64,000 nt of DNA. Origin: Eubacteriales bacterium. GTDB taxonomy: Bacteria > Bacillota > Clostridia > Oscillospirales > UBA644. The notes under the pieces were generated by a model that worked only from the letters and a program-made list of their open reading frames with translations, had not been told where the DNA came from and did no database searches. Location of the stretch: positions 488 through 64,487 of the forward strand of contig JAZQKK010000033.1 in assembly GCA_045542115.1 (NCBI GenBank), read 5' to 3'. Below, piece after piece: positions 31,385 through 40,450 of this stretch. The translations under genes were made by a program, and so were the position numbers. Every line of letters begins with the position of its first letter. Within the stretch, counting starts at the first letter, position 1.

Positions 31385-32299
31385 ATGAATTTTAATGATA
31401 GAGAAAAAATTATACAGTTAACACCTCTTTGGAAAGGGGAAAGACTTCCTGACGGCAGACCAAAGGTAGAGGATAAATATTTAGATGCACTTTATTGTAT
31501 GACTTTAGAGGAAGTTTGGAAGCCAATTTTTGTTCTCGGTTATGAGCATCAGTTTGTAGGTGGCGGTGAAAACCCGATGTTTGCCTTACATAACGACGAA
31601 AGAAAGCTTGTGGGTAGAGCGGTTACATGTACATACTGTCCTACCCGTCCCGATCTGCATTACGTACAGTTTGCTCGCGGTGCGGAGGACGGTCTGCAGG
31701 GCAACTATAATCAGTGGGTAATAGACCACCTATATGAGCGTGATGTAGTGGTTTGCGATATGTACGATAAAATTTATAAAGGCACATTTTTGGGCGGTAA
31801 TCTTACTACCGCTTTACAAAATCGCACGAAAAATGGCGGTGCAGTTGTTTGGGGCGGTATAAGAGATGTTGAACAAATGAAAAAAGTGCCTGATGTTCAG
31901 GTTTATTACCGTGGTATCGACCCAACACCCATACGTGAGTTTGTTATGAAGGATTGGAATGATATTACTAATTTCGGTGGTGCTGTTTGCTTGCCAGGTG
32001 ATATTGTATTCGGTGCAGGCGGCGGAGTGTTATTTATTCCGTCACATTTAGTTGCAGATGTTGTTGAAGGCGCGGCGAAGACCCACGTTAAAGACGATTT
32101 CGGCTTTGAAATGATTTGTCAGGGTAAGTTCACAACGGCTCAGATTGACCGCAACACCTGGAGTGAAGAAATGCTTGATATGTTGCTTGAGTGGATAAAG
32201 ACAGATCCAAGAGGTGAGGAATACCGTGACCTTGATTGGTCAAAGGAATATGACCTTGCAAGAAACGGTGACCCGGACGATACTCAGACAGCACTTTAA
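31385..32299 (+). CDS. RraA/HMG-aldolase family protein
   Basis: LVGRAVT, GGNL, WGGIRD, PGDIVFG. Confidence 0.8.
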   Translation: MNFNDREKIIQLTPLWKGERLPDGRPKVEDKYLDALYCMTLEEVWKPIFVLGYEHQFVGGGENPMFALHNDERKLVGRAVTCTYCPTRPDLHYVQFARGAEDGLQGNYNQWVIDHLYERDVVVCDMYDKIYKGTFLGGNLTTALQNRTKNGGAVVWGGIRDVEQMKKVPDVQVYYRGIDPTPIREFVMKDWNDITNFGGAVCLPGDIVFGAGGGVLFIPSHLVADVVEGAAKTHVKDDFGFEMICQGKFTTAQIDRNTWSEEMLDMLLEWIKTDPRGEEYRDLDWSKEYDLARNGDPDDTQTAL

Positions 32300-32313
32300 T
32301 TGGAGTTATAGAT

Positions 32314-32868
32314 ATGGAAAAATATATACCTGTAGTAGTTATAAAAGAACTCAGCGAAACAGATAAAATTTTAACTGCACTTAAAAATAACGGCATTAAC
32401 TGTGCGGAGATTACTTTCCGTACCGCTTGTGCCAAAGAGGCAATAGAATATGCTTGTAAGAACTATCCTGAAATGTCTATCGGTGCAGGTACAGTTATTA
32501 ATGCAAAGCAGTGCGAGGATGCATTAGAAGCAGGTGCGCAGTTTATTGTGTCACCCGGTCTTTCTGTGTCAGTCGCAAACATTTGTAATGAAAGAAATAT
32601 ACCTTATTATCCCGGTTGTGTAACACCGACAGAAATTATGCAGGCGTTAGAATTGGGTATTACCACAGTTAAGTTTTTCCCTGCAAACGTTTACGGCGGT
32701 CTTAAGGCGCTTAAAACTCTTTCAGCACCTTTCCCGCAGGTTAAATTCATTCCTACGGGCGGGGTAGACCGAAGCAATATTGACGAATTTTTAGCATTTG
32801 ATAAAATTGCGGCTATCGGTGGTAGCTTCTTTGTAAAAGAAGCACTTGAAAAGATGGGAGAAAACTAA
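32314..32868 (+). CDS. eda: KDPG/KHG aldolase
   Basis: EITFRT, GAGTV, FIVSPG, VKFFPA, IPTGG. Confidence 0.9.
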   Translation: MEKYIPVVVIKELSETDKILTALKNNGINCAEITFRTACAKEAIEYACKNYPEMSIGAGTVINAKQCEDALEAGAQFIVSPGLSVSVANICNERNIPYYPGCVTPTEIMQALELGITTVKFFPANVYGGLKALKTLSAPFPQVKFIPTGGVDRSNIDEFLAFDKIAAIGGSFFVKEALEKMGEN

Positions 32869-32869
32869 T

Positions 32870-33892
32870 ATGGCAAGAGTAGTTACTTTCGGAGAGTTAA
32901 TGTTAAGACTTGCTCCTAACGGATATTATAGATTTTTCCAAAACGACCAAATGCAGGCAACCTTCGGCGGCGGTGAAGCTAATGTTGCAGTAAGTCTTGC
33001 AAACTATGGAATGGATAGCGTTTATGTAACTAAATTACCTAAACACGCTATCGGTCAGGCTGCGGCAGACAGTCTTCGTTATTTCGGCGTTGATACCTCT
33101 AAAATCGTTCGTGGCGGTGAAAGAGTAGGCATTTACTATCTTGAAAAAGGCGCTTCACAGAGAGGCTCAGTTTGTATATATGACCGCAAGTATTCTGCCA
33201 TTCAGCAGGCAACAACTGAAGATTTTGATTGGGATAGCATTTTTGATGGTGCAGATTGGTTCCATTTTACAGGAATTACTCCCGCTTTAGGCGAAAATGT
33301 AGTAGAAATCTGTAAAGAGGCTTGTATAAAAGCAAAAGAAAAGGGAGTTAAAATATCCTGTGACTTAAATTACAGAGGTAAGCTCTGGACAAGGGAAGAA
33401 GCAAACAAAGCTATGACCGAATTATGCCAATATGTAGATGTTTGCATCTCTAACGAAGAAGATGCAAAGGATGTATTCGGCATTGAGGCAGAGGGCACAG
33501 ATATTTATGGTGGTAAACTAAACCATAAGGGGTACAAGTCTGTAGCAAAGCAGTTAGCTGATAAATTTGGTTTCGAAAAGGTAGCTATAACACTTAGAAC
33601 CTCAATTTCTGCTAATGATAATGATTGGGCAGGTATGCTTTACGACGGAGAGGATTACTATTTCTCAAAGTCTTATCATTTGCATATAGTTGACCGTGTT
33701 GGCGGTGGTGACTCTTTCGGCGGCGGACTGATTTATTCGTTACTTAGCGGTAAATCTTCAAAAGAAGCTATTGAATTTGCAGTTGCAGCATCTGCGCTTA
33801 AACACACCGTTGAGGGTGACTACAACCGTGTATCCGTTTCTGAGGTTGAAAAACTTGCAGGCGGAGATGGAAGCGGTAGAGTGCAAAGGTAA
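32870..33892 (+). CDS. kdgK: 2-keto-3-deoxygluconate kinase (PfkB family)
   Basis: FGELMLRL, GGGEANVA, DLNYR, DRVGGGDSF. Confidence 0.85.
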   Translation: MARVVTFGELMLRLAPNGYYRFFQNDQMQATFGGGEANVAVSLANYGMDSVYVTKLPKHAIGQAAADSLRYFGVDTSKIVRGGERVGIYYLEKGASQRGSVCIYDRKYSAIQQATTEDFDWDSIFDGADWFHFTGITPALGENVVEICKEACIKAKEKGVKISCDLNYRGKLWTREEANKAMTELCQYVDVCISNEEDAKDVFGIEAEGTDIYGGKLNHKGYKSVAKQLADKFGFEKVAITLRTSISANDNDWAGMLYDGEDYYFSKSYHLHIVDRVGGGDSFGGGLIYSLLSGKSSKEAIEFAVAASALKHTVEGDYNRVSVSEVEKLAGGDGSGRVQR

Positions 33893-33902
33893 AGGTGATA
33901 AA

Positions 33903-34631
33903 ATGAAGACAGCATTTGTGACAGGCTCTTCAATGGGAATAGGCAGAGCTATAGCTATAAGATTAGCACAGGATGGATATAAAGTTATTGTTCACGGCGC
34001 AAAAAACATAGCAAAAGCCAACGAAACCAAACAAATAATTGAACAAAACGGCGGAGTGGCGGAAGTGATTGTTTCCGATTTGACTGACATTGAGAAAACC
34101 CGTGAGCTTTGTGAAATGGTTAAAGAAACGGATGTACTTATATTAAATGCATCTCTCCAGTACCGCACACCATGGCAAGAAATAACAATAAAGGCTTGCT
34201 ATGAACAACTCAACTGCAATTTTGTTTCAAGTATGATGTTAATTCAAGCTGTAGCCGATAATATGAAGAAAAAAGGTTGGGGAAGAATTGTGACTATAGG
34301 CTCTGTTCAGGAAGCGAAGCCTCACCCCGATATGCTTGTATATTCGGCGAGTAAAGCGGCGCAAACAAATATGATGAAATCGCTTTCTCTTCAACTAGCA
34401 AAGGATGGAATTACTGTTAATAATGTAGCTCCGGGTGTGATTTATACTAATAGAAATGTTGAAGCACTCAGTGACCCCGAATACGCTAAAAAGGTTACGG
34501 ATAGTATTCCTGTTGGTTTTTATGGTGAACCCGAAGACTGCGCAGGAATAGTCAGTCTTTTGTGTAGTGATGAGGGAAGATATATAACCGGTCAGAATAT
34601 TTTTGTTGATGGGGGAAAAAGCGTACAATGA
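33903..34631 (+). CDS. Short-chain dehydrogenase/reductase
   Basis: TGSSMGIG, YSASK; start MKTAFV after AAGGTG. Confidence 0.92.
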   Translation: MKTAFVTGSSMGIGRAIAIRLAQDGYKVIVHGAKNIAKANETKQIIEQNGGVAEVIVSDLTDIEKTRELCEMVKETDVLILNASLQYRTPWQEITIKACYEQLNCNFVSSMMLIQAVADNMKKKGWGRIVTIGSVQEAKPHPDMLVYSASKAAQTNMMKSLSLQLAKDGITVNNVAPGVIYTNRNVEALSDPEYAKKVTDSIPVGFYGEPEDCAGIVSLLCSDEGRYITGQNIFVDGGKSVQ

Positions 34632-35314
34632 CAATAAGGTTTTTAGGTCAAAGCGGTTATATTATCAAAACCAAAAAAGCAGAAATAATGATAGACCCGT
34701 ATCTTTCTGATAGTGTTAATCGTGTTGCAGGAAGACCGCGCACTTTACCCATACCGATTAACCCTCAAAATATATCTTGTGAAGCAGTGATATGCACCCA
34801 CAATCATCTGGACCACTTAGATCCCGATACGGTAGCACAAATAAACGATGAACAATTTTTTATCACCACAAATGAGGGTAAAATAGAGCTGAATCAACTT
34901 GGCAAGGATCATGTTGTTTCGTTAAACGTTGGCGAAAGTACAGTTGTAGGCGACGTCGAAATAACCGCTGTTTTTGCTGATCATACTGTAGAGGCTTTTG
35001 GTTTAATTGTTAAAGCCGAAAATAAAACCTTATATTTCAGTGGAGATACTATATACAACGAAAAACTGTTTGATATTGCAAAATACCATCCTGACATTAC
35101 ATTGATTTGTATAAACGGCAGACTTGGAAATATGAATGTAAAAGAAGCGTTAATGACTGCAAAAAGAATTGGAGCAAAAATAAATATTCCCAATCATTAT
35201 GATATGTTTGCTTCAAATTCTGAAAATCCGCGCACATTTACTAATCAAATCGCAAATGGATTTATTATGGAATTTAATAAAGAGTATGATGTTCTGAATA
35301 TTTTAAAGACATAA
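34628..35314 (+). CDS. Metallo-beta-lactamase fold hydrolase (UlaG-like lactonase)
   Basis: IDPYLS, THNHLDH, FSGDT, PNHYDMF. Confidence 0.85.
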   Translation: MTIRFLGQSGYIIKTKKAEIMIDPYLSDSVNRVAGRPRTLPIPINPQNISCEAVICTHNHLDHLDPDTVAQINDEQFFITTNEGKIELNQLGKDHVVSLNVGESTVVGDVEITAVFADHTVEAFGLIVKAENKTLYFSGDTIYNEKLFDIAKYHPDITLICINGRLGNMNVKEALMTAKRIGAKINIPNHYDMFASNSENPRTFTNQIANGFIMEFNKEYDVLNILKT

Positions 35315-35332
35315 ATAAAAAACATATTTGAA

Positions 35333-35391
35333 GCATAAATCTCCTTGTTTTACAGATACTAACAGTACAAATTTGTAAAGCGAGGAGTTTT
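35333..35391 (+). promoter_or_regulatory. Forespore sigma-G/F-type promoter plus RBS-pairing inverted repeat (cassette B right end, drives spoVT)
   Basis: GCATA-17-GATACTA; AAATCTCCTTGTTTTACA pairs with TGTAAAGCGAGGAGTTTT. Confidence 0.7.
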
Positions 35392-35396
35392 TATAT

Positions 35397-35939
35397 ATGA
35401 AAGCAACAGGTATTGTACGTCGCATCGACGATTTGGGACGTATTGTTATTCCCAAGGAAATTCGAAAAACGATGCACATTCGGGAAGGGGCGCAATTGGA
35501 GATTTTCACCGACAGTGAAGGGGGCGTTATTTTTAAAAAGTACTCTCCCATCGGTGAATTGGACGAATCGGTGGCAGATTACGCGGAAACAGTAGCAAAA
35601 ATCACCGGAAATACCGTTGTGGTAACCGATAAAGATACGGTAATTGCCGCGGCCGGAAACAACCGTCGAGAACTTCTCCATAAACGTATTTCTTCCGAAA
35701 CAGAAGAATTGATGGAACAACGCCGTCAATACGTTTACAAAATCGGAGAAGATCGAAAACCCATTTGTAAAGAATTGGAAAAAGCGTATGCCGGTATCGT
35801 CAACCCGATTTTGTTGGAAGGAGACGCCGTAGGAGCCATTATTATGCTGATTCCCGAAATGGGAAATGCACCGGGAGAAGCAGATGTAAAAGTTTTAGCC
35901 GCCGCCACTCAAATTTTGGGAAAACAAATTGAAACGTAA
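35397..35939 (+). CDS. spoVT: Stage V sporulation protein T (AbrB domain + GAF)
   Basis: MKATGIVRRIDDLGRIVIPKEIR...KKYSPIGEL; 180 aa. Confidence 0.95.
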   Translation: MKATGIVRRIDDLGRIVIPKEIRKTMHIREGAQLEIFTDSEGGVIFKKYSPIGELDESVADYAETVAKITGNTVVVTDKDTVIAAAGNNRRELLHKRISSETEELMEQRRQYVYKIGEDRKPICKELEKAYAGIVNPILLEGDAVGAIIMLIPEMGNAPGEADVKVLAAATQILGKQIET

Positions 35940-35940
35940 C

Positions 35941-35970
35941 AAAAGACCGCCAAGTTTGGCGGTCTTTTTT
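35941..35970. terminator. Bidirectional intrinsic terminator
   Basis: AAAAGACCGCCAA-GT-TTGGCGGTCTTTTTT. Confidence 0.85.
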
Positions 35971-35971
35971 C

Positions 35972-36277
35972 TTAGGTCTCCTCTGCTTCAAGCAAAAAAC
36001 TGACGGGGCGAAATCCGTCGTTACAAGAAATCATTGCGGAATTTTTATTCTTCATCCAACCGTCATAAAAATCGCCGCCTCCGTAAGCAAGGGTCATCAC
36101 AAAGGGATACATACATTCCCAAGCCGCGGAACACAACCCTTCCGGACGTGTCAAATCTTTTGAGATAAAAACCTCCCCTATTTTCATCTCACAAGCGTGT
36201 TCTATGGGGTTTTCGTACAACTCCATCAAGTCGGGATAAACCGAACGCCGCATTACCGTAATCTTTACATTTTTCAT
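35972..36277 (-). CDS. TIGR04076-like conserved protein
   Basis: PEGLCSAAW, ISCNDGFRPVSFLLE. Confidence 0.75.
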   Translation of the reverse strand: MKNVKITVMRRSVYPDLMELYENPIEHACEMKIGEVFISKDLTRPEGLCSAAWECMYPFVMTLAYGGGDFYDGWMKNKNSAMISCNDGFRPVSFLLEAEET

Positions 36278-36404
36278 AGCGAACCCACCCTTCTTCATCC
36301 TGTTTTTTATTATACTATCAAAAATCGGTTTTGTCAATCTCCATTCTTGACAAAACCGATAAAAAATGATAAAATTATGTTGTTATAAAAGAGAGGATTA
36401 CATT

Positions 36405-37196
36405 ATGAGAAAACCGCTTCACATCGCAATCATTGTTGGGCCGGAACAAATTGCCGCCATATCTCGCACAATGAAAATGTACGTCGGAATCAACAATGTA
36501 CTTGCATCTGTAAACCCGGGAGACTTGCTTCCCATTGCCGAGAAACTTTCACCCAAAGCGTTGATTATCGACCCGGAACTTCTTTGTGATTGTGATATGA
36601 CTCCACAGGATATTTTGACAATGAAGAGGCAGTATCGTTTTAAAATCGTTACCCTCTCACAAGAACCACCAAACAGACAGGTCCGCTCTCTTATTGATCA
36701 GTTATGTCCGGAGAAAGAATACGTCGCTCCAACGGAATATTTAACGATGGCAACGGAACTTCCGGAGCTTACTCTTACAAAATATGTGAAACGAAAAGAA
36801 CTTCGCTTACTGCAAACCCAAGAAAATATAGATGCAATTTTCAGGGAGTGCGGATTTCATTGTGATACGAAGGGTTTTGTATTTTTAAAAGAAGCCATTT
36901 ATATGATTTTGTTGAACCCGGACTTATTACGCTGGGGCGGCGGCAAGTTTATATACAAGACCCTTTCCGAGAAGTACGGAGACTCCCCGCGAATTGTTGC
37001 CCGTTCGATGATTCGCTTTTTGGAATTATCAATGTCTCCGGAAACGGAAAAACAATTCCGAAAGAAATTGCAAATTCCCGAACGAACCGAATTATTCCCA
37101 CTCAGCTTTTTCCGTTTTACCGGTATTTTTACTGCATATTATGCCGGGGTGTACGAAGACCCAAGTCAACCCATTAAATACCCGAGAAAACGTTAA
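36405..37196 (+). CDS. Spo0A-like protein: degenerate receiver + Spo0A C-terminal DNA-binding domain
   Basis: KGFVFLKEAIYM...IYKTLSEKYGDSPRIVARSMIR resembles Spo0A C-domain; GAGG RBS. Confidence 0.65.
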   Translation: MRKPLHIAIIVGPEQIAAISRTMKMYVGINNVLASVNPGDLLPIAEKLSPKALIIDPELLCDCDMTPQDILTMKRQYRFKIVTLSQEPPNRQVRSLIDQLCPEKEYVAPTEYLTMATELPELTLTKYVKRKELRLLQTQENIDAIFRECGFHCDTKGFVFLKEAIYMILLNPDLLRWGGGKFIYKTLSEKYGDSPRIVARSMIRFLELSMSPETEKQFRKKLQIPERTELFPLSFFRFTGIFTAYYAGVYEDPSQPIKYPRKR

Positions 37197-37912
37197 CCGA
37201 TTTCCTTCAGACGCTCTTTGAGGTTGCTCAGTATCTTCTTTTCCAAGCGGGATATGTACGATTGCGATATTCCAAGAAGGTCGGCAACCTCTTTTTGCGT
37301 ATAGGTTCTCCCTCCGGAAAAGCCGTATCGCAATTCAATGATTTTTCTTGACCGCTGAGATAATTTCCCCACCTCAGCCTTTAACAGTGCGGCCTCGTCT
37401 TCTCGTTCAATCTCTTTCCCCACTTCGTCGCCCCCGGAATCCAAAACGTCACTGAGCAACAATTCGTTTCCGTCCCAATCAATGTTCAGAGGTTCTTCAA
37501 TAGAGACTTCATTTCGAAGGTTTCCGGTTTTTCGCAGATACATCAATATTTCATTCTCAATACAACGGGACGCATAGGTGGCTAATTTAATGTTTTTCCC
37601 GGGACAATACGTATTCACCGCTTTTATTAAACCAATCGTTCCAATAGAAATAAGGTCTTCAATGGAGCAAGACAGGGTTGAGATTTCAAATTTTCGTGCA
37701 ATGTAAACCACAAGTCGAAGATTATGCTCAATTAAAGTATCCCGGGCAGATACGTCTCCCGTAATCAAACGTGACACCATCGTTTGCTCTTCTTCCGGTG
37801 AGAGCGGAACGGGAAGAATATCACTTCCGTTGATGTAAAACAAACCGTTTTCTTCCAAAGGATGCTTTCGAAAAAAGTCAGTGAGTTTTCGCAAAAACTG
37901 TTCAAGATTCAT
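37193..37912 (-). CDS. sigE: Sporulation sigma factor E (pro-sigma-E)
   Basis: YINGSDILPVPL, KLATYASRCIENEILMYLR, EPLNIDWDGNELLLSDVL. Confidence 0.95.
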   Translation of the reverse strand: MNLEQFLRKLTDFFRKHPLEENGLFYINGSDILPVPLSPEEEQTMVSRLITGDVSARDTLIEHNLRLVVYIARKFEISTLSCSIEDLISIGTIGLIKAVNTYCPGKNIKLATYASRCIENEILMYLRKTGNLRNEVSIEEPLNIDWDGNELLLSDVLDSGGDEVGKEIEREDEAALLKAEVGKLSQRSRKIIELRYGFSGGRTYTQKEVADLLGISQSYISRLEKKILSNLKERLKEIG

Positions 37913-37915
37913 CTG

Positions 37916-38746
37916 TCATTCTCCTTCTATTAAATCCGGACCGATTATACCGGAATACTGACCACGGGATTCCATTGGTCGATCTATCACCGCAACTACA
38001 ACTTTTCTCGTTTTTCCATTGACGGTAAATCGTTCCGGAACAAACGCCGACAACACCTGTCCGTCTCCGGACACAGAATGATAAGGAATTACCCTTGCAC
38101 GGTGAGAAAAACGAAGAGCAAATTCATACGTCATTGGTCGGGGAAACGCTCCACCAAACGCCTTTTTCAACACTCCGTATTCCAATACTACAACCGGCTC
38201 ACCGGAAACCGGGTCCGATAAGAAATTTCCTGTATCTATGTAAGAGCGAAATAATATGCTTTTTCCTTCCACATATAAATTACATTCTCCATATGCTCTG
38301 GTATGCTTTTTCTTTCTGATATAAAAAAATTTGCATAACAACAAATAGCTAAAAACGATGGCGATCACAGTTTTCAGAAACGAAAGATGAAAATATCCGA
38401 ATGACTCCCAAACAACGCAAGAAAGTCCCAAAATCAGCCCGGAGAAGCAAAGTAAAAATCCCCAGAAGAAAATGTAGACCAATAGTCCGGAACACAAATT
38501 CTTAAAACTGCCTTTTATCGTTTTTCCCCGAAGGAAAAATGCAAACACCGGAATTGTCAATAAGGACAAGACCACGCCGAAAACTGATGGTATCATTATT
38601 CCGGCAGACAAAAAACCGGTTATCAGAACCGAAAGTACAAATTCCCAACGGGAGCGTTGCAATTCCAGCAATATTATTGACAGATGAAACACCGCTCCGT
38701 AAATTAAAACCCAGAGAAAAAACGCTAAATCCGGATATACGGTCAT
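37916..38746 (-). CDS. spoIIGA: Sigma-E processing aspartic peptidase
   Basis: MTVYPD start, TM helices, DTGNFLSDP, directly upstream of sigE. Confidence 0.9.
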   Translation of the reverse strand: MTVYPDLAFFLWVLIYGAVFHLSIILLELQRSRWEFVLSVLITGFLSAGIMIPSVFGVVLSLLTIPVFAFFLRGKTIKGSFKNLCSGLLVYIFFWGFLLCFSGLILGLSCVVWESFGYFHLSFLKTVIAIVFSYLLLCKFFYIRKKKHTRAYGECNLYVEGKSILFRSYIDTGNFLSDPVSGEPVVVLEYGVLKKAFGGAFPRPMTYEFALRFSHRARVIPYHSVSGDGQVLSAFVPERFTVNGKTRKVVVAVIDRPMESRGQYSGIIGPDLIEGE

Positions 38747-38763
38747 TCCCTCACCCCGAATTC

Positions 38764-38797
38764 ATTATACATAAAATATTGAGTAGAATTTGTCAAA
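38764..38797 (-). promoter_or_regulatory. spoIIG-type promoter with over-long spacer and 0A-like box
   Basis: Minus TTGACA-21-TATAAT; TGTCAAA (0A-like) overlaps -35, resembling B. subtilis PspoIIG. Confidence 0.6.
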
Positions 38798-38841
38798 GGG
38801 ACAGACGCGTTAAAAGATGTTCCATTTTTTTCATAAATAAA

Positions 38842-38873
38842 AGCACCCCTATGATTTTTCATCATAGGGGTGC
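38842..38873 (-). terminator. Terminator of rny
   Basis: GCACCCCTATGAT ... ATCATAGGGGTGC stem. Confidence 0.75.
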
Positions 38874-38890
38874 AACTGTTGTAAATAAAA

Positions 38891-40450
38891 TTATTTCGCG
38901 TATTCGATAGCGCGGTTCTCACGGATAACGTGAACTTTAATCTGGCCGGGATATTCCAATTCGCTTTCAATACGTTTTGCAATATCACGGGCAAGAATCA
39001 CCATATCGTCGTCGTTGATGTCTTCGGGACGAACCATCACGCGGATCTCACGGCCGGCCTGAATCGCATAAGTGCGTTCAACGCCTTTGAAATCGTTTGC
39101 AAGAGATTCCAATTTTTCAAGACGCTTGATGTAATTCTCAATATCCTCTCTGCGGGCACCGGGACGGGCAGCAGAAATCGCATCGGCAGCCTGCACGATG
39201 GCTGCAAGAACCGTCTTGGCTTCCACGTCGCCGTGGTGCGCTTCAATCGCGTGAACAATATTTTCGTGTTCTTTGTATTTCCGGGCAAGGTCCACACCAA
39301 TGGAAATATGAGACCCTTCCGTTTCCTGGTCTACGGATTTACCGATATCGTGAAGCAGACCGGCACGCTTCGCAGCGTTTACGTCAACCTTCAACTCTCC
39401 GGCAAGAATCCCCGAAAGATGAGCCACTTCAATAGAGTGATTCAAAACGTTTTGACCAAACGAAGTACGATAATGGAGTCGTCCGAGCAGTTTAACAAGT
39501 TCCGGATGAATTCCGTGAACGTTCGTCTCGAAAATGGCGCGTTCGCCTTCCTTTTTGATGACTTGGTCCACTTCTTTCCGTGCCTTTTCGACCATATCGC
39601 CAACGCGGGTGGGATGAATCCGCCCATCCTGAATCAACCGTTCCAAAGCAATTCGTGCAATTTCACGGCGAACCATATCAAAGCTGGAAAGGACAATGGT
39701 CTCAGGAGTGTCGTCGATAATCAAATCAACGCCGGTAAGATTTTCAAGGGCACGAATGTTTCGGCCTTCACGACCGATAATACGTCCTTTCATTTCATCG
39801 TTGGGCAAAGTCACGGAAGAAACGGTAGCTTCGGAAACGTGGTCGGAAGCGCATTTCTGAATGGCACGGGTAATCAGTTCCCGAGCCTGAACTTCTGCTT
39901 CTTCCTTCGTCCGGGCTTCCATATCTTTAATCATCGCGGCAGATTCGTGCTTCAAATCATTTTGCAGGGTCTCTAACAAATAAGCGCGAGCCTGGTCTGC
40001 GGTCATCGAAGAAATCTGTTCCAGCATCTTTCGTTGCTGAGCAATAACTTCGTTTTTTTCCACCTCCAAGGCTTCCATCTTTTTCATCTGGCGGTCCAGA
40101 TTCTCTTCCTTGGTCACAAAGGATGTTTCACGCTTATCCAGCATTTCTTCCTTTTGAACCAAGCGTTTTTCCATCCGTTGCAGTTCTCCGCGGCGTTCCC
40201 GGATTTCCCGTTCCGCTTCGGTGCGGTTGCGATGGATTTCTTCTTTTGCTTCCAATAAAGATTCTTTGGATTTGGTTTCTGCTGTTTTAATGGCGTCGTT
40301 TACAATATTCCGTGCTTTTTCTTCTGCGGAGCCAATGGCGGCTTCGCCGATTTTTTTCCGGTAAATCATACCGATAAGGAACCCGATAACAACAGCTATT
40401 ACAACGGCAACAACCGTGATAATGATTTCTGTGGTGCTAATGGTAATCAA
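38891..40450 (-). CDS. rny: Ribonuclease Y
   Basis: N-terminal TM, coiled coil, KH ([13 protein letters not shown]), HD (LLHDIGK); exact start uncertain. Confidence 0.97.
   Translation of the reverse strand: MITISTTEIIITVVAVVIAVVIGFLIGMIYRKKIGEAAIGSAEEKARNIVNDAIKTAETKSKESLLEAKEEIHRNRTEAEREIRERRGELQRMEKRLVQKEEMLDKRETSFVTKEENLDRQMKKMEALEVEKNEVIAQQRKMLEQISSMTADQARAYLLETLQNDLKHESAAMIKDMEARTKEEAEVQARELITRAIQKCASDHVSEATVSSVTLPNDEMKGRIIGREGRNIRALENLTGVDLIIDDTPETIVLSSFDMVRREIARIALERLIQDGRIHPTRVGDMVEKARKEVDQVIKKEGERAIFETNVHGIHPELVKLLGRLHYRTSFGQNVLNHSIEVAHLSGILAGELKVDVNAAKRAGLLHDIGKSVDQETEGSHISIGVDLARKYKEHENIVHAIEAHHGDVEAKTVLAAIVQAADAISAARPGARREDIENYIKRLEKLESLANDFKGVERTYAIQAGREIRVMVRPEDINDDDMVILARDIAKRIESELEYPGQIKVHVIRENRAIEYAK

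Larger units (their letters stand above)
28363..35428. mobile_element. Cassette B inserted in spoVT 5' end (AraC + sugar-acid catabolic operon), no integrase
   Basis: Bounded by spoVT 5' copies 2 and 3; AT-rich; contains CATG sites. Confidence 0.82.

Noticed and set aside
24377-35939. skin-like element that must excise for sporulation
   Set aside because: spoVT is intact with promoter and RBS in the integrated state, so excision is not required
38930-39976. 348-aa ORF antisense to rny
   Set aside because: Shadow ORF with no independent evidence
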